Positions 24,790 to 27,611 of a stretch of 27,611 nt of DNA are shown here, one piece after another (positions within the stretch are counted from its first letter, which is position 1; each line of letters begins with the position of its first letter). The DNA is taken from assembly GCA_001794015.1 (NCBI GenBank), contig MGIZ01000020.1, positions 9,876-37,486 of the forward strand. The letters run 5' to 3'. Below the pieces are notes generated by a model. The model made no database searches and was not told the origin of the DNA. It saw nothing but the letters and a program-made list of their open reading frames with translations. Position numbers and translations under genes: made by a program. The stretch is from Candidatus Yanofskybacteria bacterium RIFCSPHIGHO2_01_FULL_39_8b. GTDB taxonomy: Bacteria > Patescibacteriota > Minisyncoccia > 2-02-FULL-40-12 > GWA2-44-9.

Positions 24790-25831
24790 ATTGAATTATG
24801 TCTTCTATAAAATCTGCGATCCTTTCTGAATTTTTTCCGTCACATTTGAACACCTTCCCCTGAGATTCTGAGAGATCAAGAGATCCCGAAATTCCTTTCT
24901 GTAATTTTTCCATTAATTCGATTCTGTTACAAGCTATATCCGTACAACCTAAAGAAACCATCGGATAATAATTTAAACCGGTAAGTCTTCTATAAATCTT
25001 CATCCCCCTGTCTGGATAAAGAATGGCAATATTCGGCTTTCTTAAAATAGCTGCTTCAGTTAATACTGTTGAAAAAATAGAAACAACTAAATTAGATACG
25101 GATATTAGATCCCTAATATCAACCCCCGGAGCATGGGTATCAATCAAGACTCCTCTAAACTTTGCCAAAGATTCTTCCCACAATGGAAGCTCCTCGGGTG
25201 TTTCATCTTTCATCCCCGGATGAAGCCTGGGAATGAGATATACATCTTCACTTAGAGCATTTAAAGATTCTACAAGCTCTGATATCGCATGTCCAGTCTC
25301 CCACCACACTCCAGCGAATAATACTGCGGGCTTCCCGTCATCTATTTTAAATAAATCATAAATCTTATTTCTAGATCTAGCCGTATTAAAATCTGCATAA
25401 GAATCGAGGGCAGGATAGCCAGAAATAATAATCTGAGAACTTTTATATCCTCGCCAAGCATTAAAAGTTATCTCGACATCAATATTATCATTTACGAATA
25501 TAAAGCTAGGCCTTGAACCTTCGGACCAATTTTTCAAACCAGCACCCCGTTGATCCTGAACAACTACCGATTTAGCAGAATTAAAAAATCTAACCGCTTC
25601 GACGCCCTGACCAGAACATGCACTAGATACTATTAAGTCTGGACACTTTATATCCTGCGGACTTTTGATGTAGCAATGCTTAATTCCCTGGGCTGAAAGA
25701 ATATCTTTGCCCCCTCCATCTTCTTGTGCAACCCATTTAATTTCAAACTTTCTCTCTTGAAGAATTTTTACAACAGGAATCAAACCCCTGGTACCGCCTA
25801 CATCTCTAGAAAAAACCAGAGCTTTTGGCAC
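24788..25831 (-). CDS. GT-B-fold protein, CDP-glycerol glycerophosphotransferase / capsule-transferase-like; function uncertain
   Basis: C-terminal half has LIPRLHPG, DI..LIS.SNLVVS.FSTV..EAAIL.KP.I. GTG start with GAGG upstream on the minus strand. Confidence 0.55.
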   Translation of the reverse strand: MPKALVFSRDVGGTRGLIPVVKILQERKFEIKWVAQEDGGGKDILSAQGIKHCYIKSPQDIKCPDLIVSSACSGQGVEAVRFFNSAKSVVVQDQRGAGLKNWSEGSRPSFIFVNDNIDVEITFNAWRGYKSSQIIISGYPALDSYADFNTARSRNKIYDLFKIDDGKPAVLFAGVWWETGHAISELVESLNALSEDVYLIPRLHPGMKDETPEELPLWEESLAKFRGVLIDTHAPGVDIRDLISVSNLVVSIFSTVLTEAAILRKPNIAILYPDRGMKIYRRLTGLNYYPMVSLGCTDIACNRIELMEKLQKGISGSLDLSESQGKVFKCDGKNSERIADFIEDIIQ

Positions 25832-25862
25832 TTTCTATCCTCAATTTAAAATAACTGAGAAT

Positions 25863-25890
25863 ATAATACCACAAAATATATAAATATCAA
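25863..25890 (-). promoter_or_regulatory. Putative extended -10 promoter of the GT-B gene
   Basis: Minus strand: TTGATA (25890-25885), 16-nt spacer, TATTAT (25868-25863) preceded by TGn. Confidence 0.45.
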
Positions 25891-25895
25891 CTCAC

Positions 25896-25920
25896 TGCTT
25901 AGGGATTACAATGCTTAGGG
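25896..25920. repeat. 9-bp direct repeat TGCTTAGGG x2 (16-bp period)
   Basis: Copies lie at 25896-25904 and 25912-25920, in the recA/GT-B intergenic region. Confidence 0.7.
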
Positions 25921-25972
25921 GATAGAAAAAGAATTATTAAAATCGGGTAAGAAATTAAAGAGACAAAAGCGA

Positions 25973-26998
25973 TTAAGCTTCAAGCACTGCCGCCTCCTTA
26001 ATTTTTGAGACAATTTCTTTTTCGACTTTAGGATTCTCTTTGAGATACTGGCGAGAGCCTTCAATGCCTTGGCCGAGTTTTTGATCACCATAATTAAACC
26101 AGCTTCCGGCTTTTGAAACTACATTATATCTCACTCCGGCATTGACAATATCGGCATATTTGGAGATACCTTCGTTATAGAGAATATCAAATTCACAAGT
26201 CCTGAACGGCGGAGCGACTTTATTTTTAACTACTTTTACCTTTACTCGGTTGCCGACAATTTTCTCTCCTGCCTGTATCTGGGCTGCCTTGCGAACTTCA
26301 ACCCGAACCGATGAATAGAACTTCAATGCCATGCCGCCGGTAGTTGTTTCGGGGTTGCCAAACATAACACCGATTCTCATTCGCAATTGATTTATAAAAA
26401 TAATGGTCGTGTTGGATTTAGCCACAATAGCAGTAAGTTTTCTCAAAGCATGGGACATTAATCGAGCCTGAAGACCCATATGCTGTTGATCCATTTCTCC
26501 TTCTATCTCCGCCCGGGGCGTAAGGGCCGCTACCGAATCAACAATAATTACATCTATGCCGCCGGATTTAACCAGCGACTCAACAATATCCAGAGCCTGT
26601 TCGCCGGTATCAGGTTGGGATATTAAAAGCTGGTCTATTTTAACACCAATTTTTTTGGCATATTCCGGGTCTAGCGCGTGTTCGGCATCAACAAAAGCCG
26701 CCACTCCGCCCATCTTTTGAGCCTCGGCCACGACGTGAAGACATAATGTGGTCTTGCCGGAACTTTCAGGACCATAAACCTCAATTATCCTGCCTCGCGG
26801 TATTCCACCAACGCCCAAAGCTAAATCAAGGGATAATGATCCGGTAGGAATTACATCTACATCAACCCTGCCAACCTCCCCCAACTTCATAATCGCCCCT
26901 TCGCCATATTTCTCCTGAATTTCTTTTACCATCATTTCGACGTTTTTCACCTTTGTTGAACTTACTGAAGATTTCTCTTCGTTTTGTTTTTTAGCCAT
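25973..26998 (-). CDS. recA: Recombinase RecA
   Basis: [99 protein letters not shown]. The start is placed at ATG 26998; the track starts at 27025. Confidence 0.98.
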   Translation of the reverse strand: MAKKQNEEKSSVSSTKVKNVEMMVKEIQEKYGEGAIMKLGEVGRVDVDVIPTGSLSLDLALGVGGIPRGRIIEVYGPESSGKTTLCLHVVAEAQKMGGVAAFVDAEHALDPEYAKKIGVKIDQLLISQPDTGEQALDIVESLVKSGGIDVIIVDSVAALTPRAEIEGEMDQQHMGLQARLMSHALRKLTAIVAKSNTTIIFINQLRMRIGVMFGNPETTTGGMALKFYSSVRVEVRKAAQIQAGEKIVGNRVKVKVVKNKVAPPFRTCEFDILYNEGISKYADIVNAGVRYNVVSKAGSWFNYGDQKLGQGIEGSRQYLKENPKVEKEIVSKIKEAAVLEA

Positions 26999-27011
26999 AA
27001 TATTATAAGCT

Positions 27012-27031
27012 AATGTCTCCCTCAAGACATT
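27012..27031. promoter_or_regulatory. Palindrome AATGTCT-N6-AGACATT in the recA 5' leader; candidate operator or RNA hairpin
   Basis: Perfect 7-bp arms at 27012-27018 and 27025-27031, between the predicted promoter and the recA ATG. Confidence 0.4.
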
Positions 27032-27049
27032 TTTACGTTTTAATAATCT

Positions 27050-27077
27050 ATTCTATAAAATAATAATATAAAATCAA
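27050..27077 (-). promoter_or_regulatory. Putative recA promoter
   Basis: Minus strand: TTGATT (27077-27072), 16-nt spacer, TAGAAT (27055-27050). Confidence 0.55.
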
Positions 27078-27081
27078 GGGA

Positions 27082-27109
27082 TAAAAAAACAAGCTGTTTA
27101 CGCTTGTTT
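27082..27109 (-). terminator. Intrinsic terminator overlapping the last codons of the HAD gene
   Basis: Minus strand reads AAACAAGC-GTAAACA-GCTTGTTT (8-bp stem) and runs into a T tract. Confidence 0.6.
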
Positions 27110-27610
27110 AGATTTTTCCAAAATTTTATCCACCGCTTCCATGAGACTAAACACCCTAAAATAATAGTCATCATCAGTTAATGCTGAATTATGGGGACGA
27201 TCAATTAATAAAGTCCTGCATCTAGCCGCCCGGCCAGTCTGCATATCTTGACCAGTGTCACCAATCATCCATGATTTAAATAAATCTATCCCCCATTTAT
27301 CAGCCGCCGCCAGAAGCATCATGGGTGACGGCTTTTTGAATGGGCAGTTATCAGCCTTAGTATGTCTACACATTAAAACATCATCAAAGCCGAGGGTATC
27401 AACGACCTTTTTATGTATTTTACGCCAAACTTCTTCTTCCATATATCCGTGAGCTACATCCGGCTGATTTGTTACTAAGATTCTTAAGAATCCTGCTTCT
27501 TTTAACCTGCTTAATGCTAAATACGCATTTGGCAAAAATTTAAGTTCGTGTTCATGAAAAGGTGCCGTTATTTTCTTGACAAAATCCGGCCGATAGATAG
27601 CTTCAATTAC
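27098..27610 (-). CDS. HAD-IIIA family phosphatase (GmhB-like paralogue); 5'-truncated by the window edge
   Basis: The frame is open from the window end (VIEAIYRPDFVKKITAPFHEHELKFLPNA...). Motifs VTNQPD, MCRH...CPFKKPSP.M, SWMIGD...D...G.AA. The DxD motif lies outside the window. Confidence 0.8.
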   Translation of the reverse strand, partial: VIEAIYRPDFVKKITAPFHEHELKFLPNAYLALSRLKEAGFLRILVTNQPDVAHGYMEEEVWRKIHKKVVDTLGFDDVLMCRHTKADNCPFKKPSPMMLLAAADKWGIDLFKSWMIGDTGQDMQTGRAARCRTLLIDRPHNSALTDDDYYFRVFSLMEAVDKILEKSKQA

Positions 27611-27611
27611 C

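Noticed and set aside
26999-27025. recA start at 27025
   Set aside because: It falls within the leader palindrome. ATG 26998 is the more plausible start.
145-27452. The many short (60-125 aa) antisense or alternate-frame ORFs in the track
   Set aside because: All lie within longer, motif-supported genes and show no recognisable domains; they are treated as shadow ORFs.
1-27611. Alternative genetic code (TGA as Gly or Trp), frameshifted pseudogenes, transposases, RNA genes
   Set aside because: TGA ends several intact genes (for example gmhB and neuB), the long ORFs appear full length for their families, and no transposase, tRNA or rRNA signature was recognised.

Overview
This AT-rich bacterial window (standard code 11; TGA is used as a stop) is almost entirely one large surface-glycan biosynthesis and modification locus, closed at the right end by recA and a partial HAD phosphatase on the minus strand. 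On the plus strand, left to right: the 3' end of a nucleotide-sugar epimerase/reductase; a stand-alone cobalamin-binding radical SAM gene; a GT-A glycosyltransferase; gmhA-gmhB; a chain of seven overlapping genes (a pyruvate kinase-ATP sulfurylase-APS kinase triple fusion, a sulfotransferase, HisF-like and HisH-like proteins, a SAM methyltransferase, an N-acetyl-sugar amidotransferase and NeuA); then a Gfo/Idh/MocA oxidoreductase, NeuB, NeuC, a formyltransferase, a DegT aminotransferase, a 4,6-dehydratase, two more oxidoreductases, a DUF115/Maf-like protein, an FkbM methyltransferase and a polysaccharide deacetylase. On the minus strand are a GT4 glycosyltransferase, a GT-B-fold protein, recA and the HAD-IIIA phosphatase. 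The content predicts a legionaminic-acid-type nonulosonate glycan that may carry amidino, methyl, formyl and sulfate groups. Scarce Shine-Dalgarno motifs, dense start/stop overlaps and the repeat style suggest a Patescibacteria (CPR)-like host, but that is inference only. The most striking observation is the 904-aa natural fusion of a pyruvate kinase to a PAPS synthetase, directly coupled to a sulfotransferase. Notable non-coding structure includes a 35-bp double palindrome (GACATCAGATGTC x2), an in-frame heptamer repeat inside an oxidoreductase, and a palindrome in the recA leader. No rRNA, tRNA, CRISPR array or transposase was recognised.
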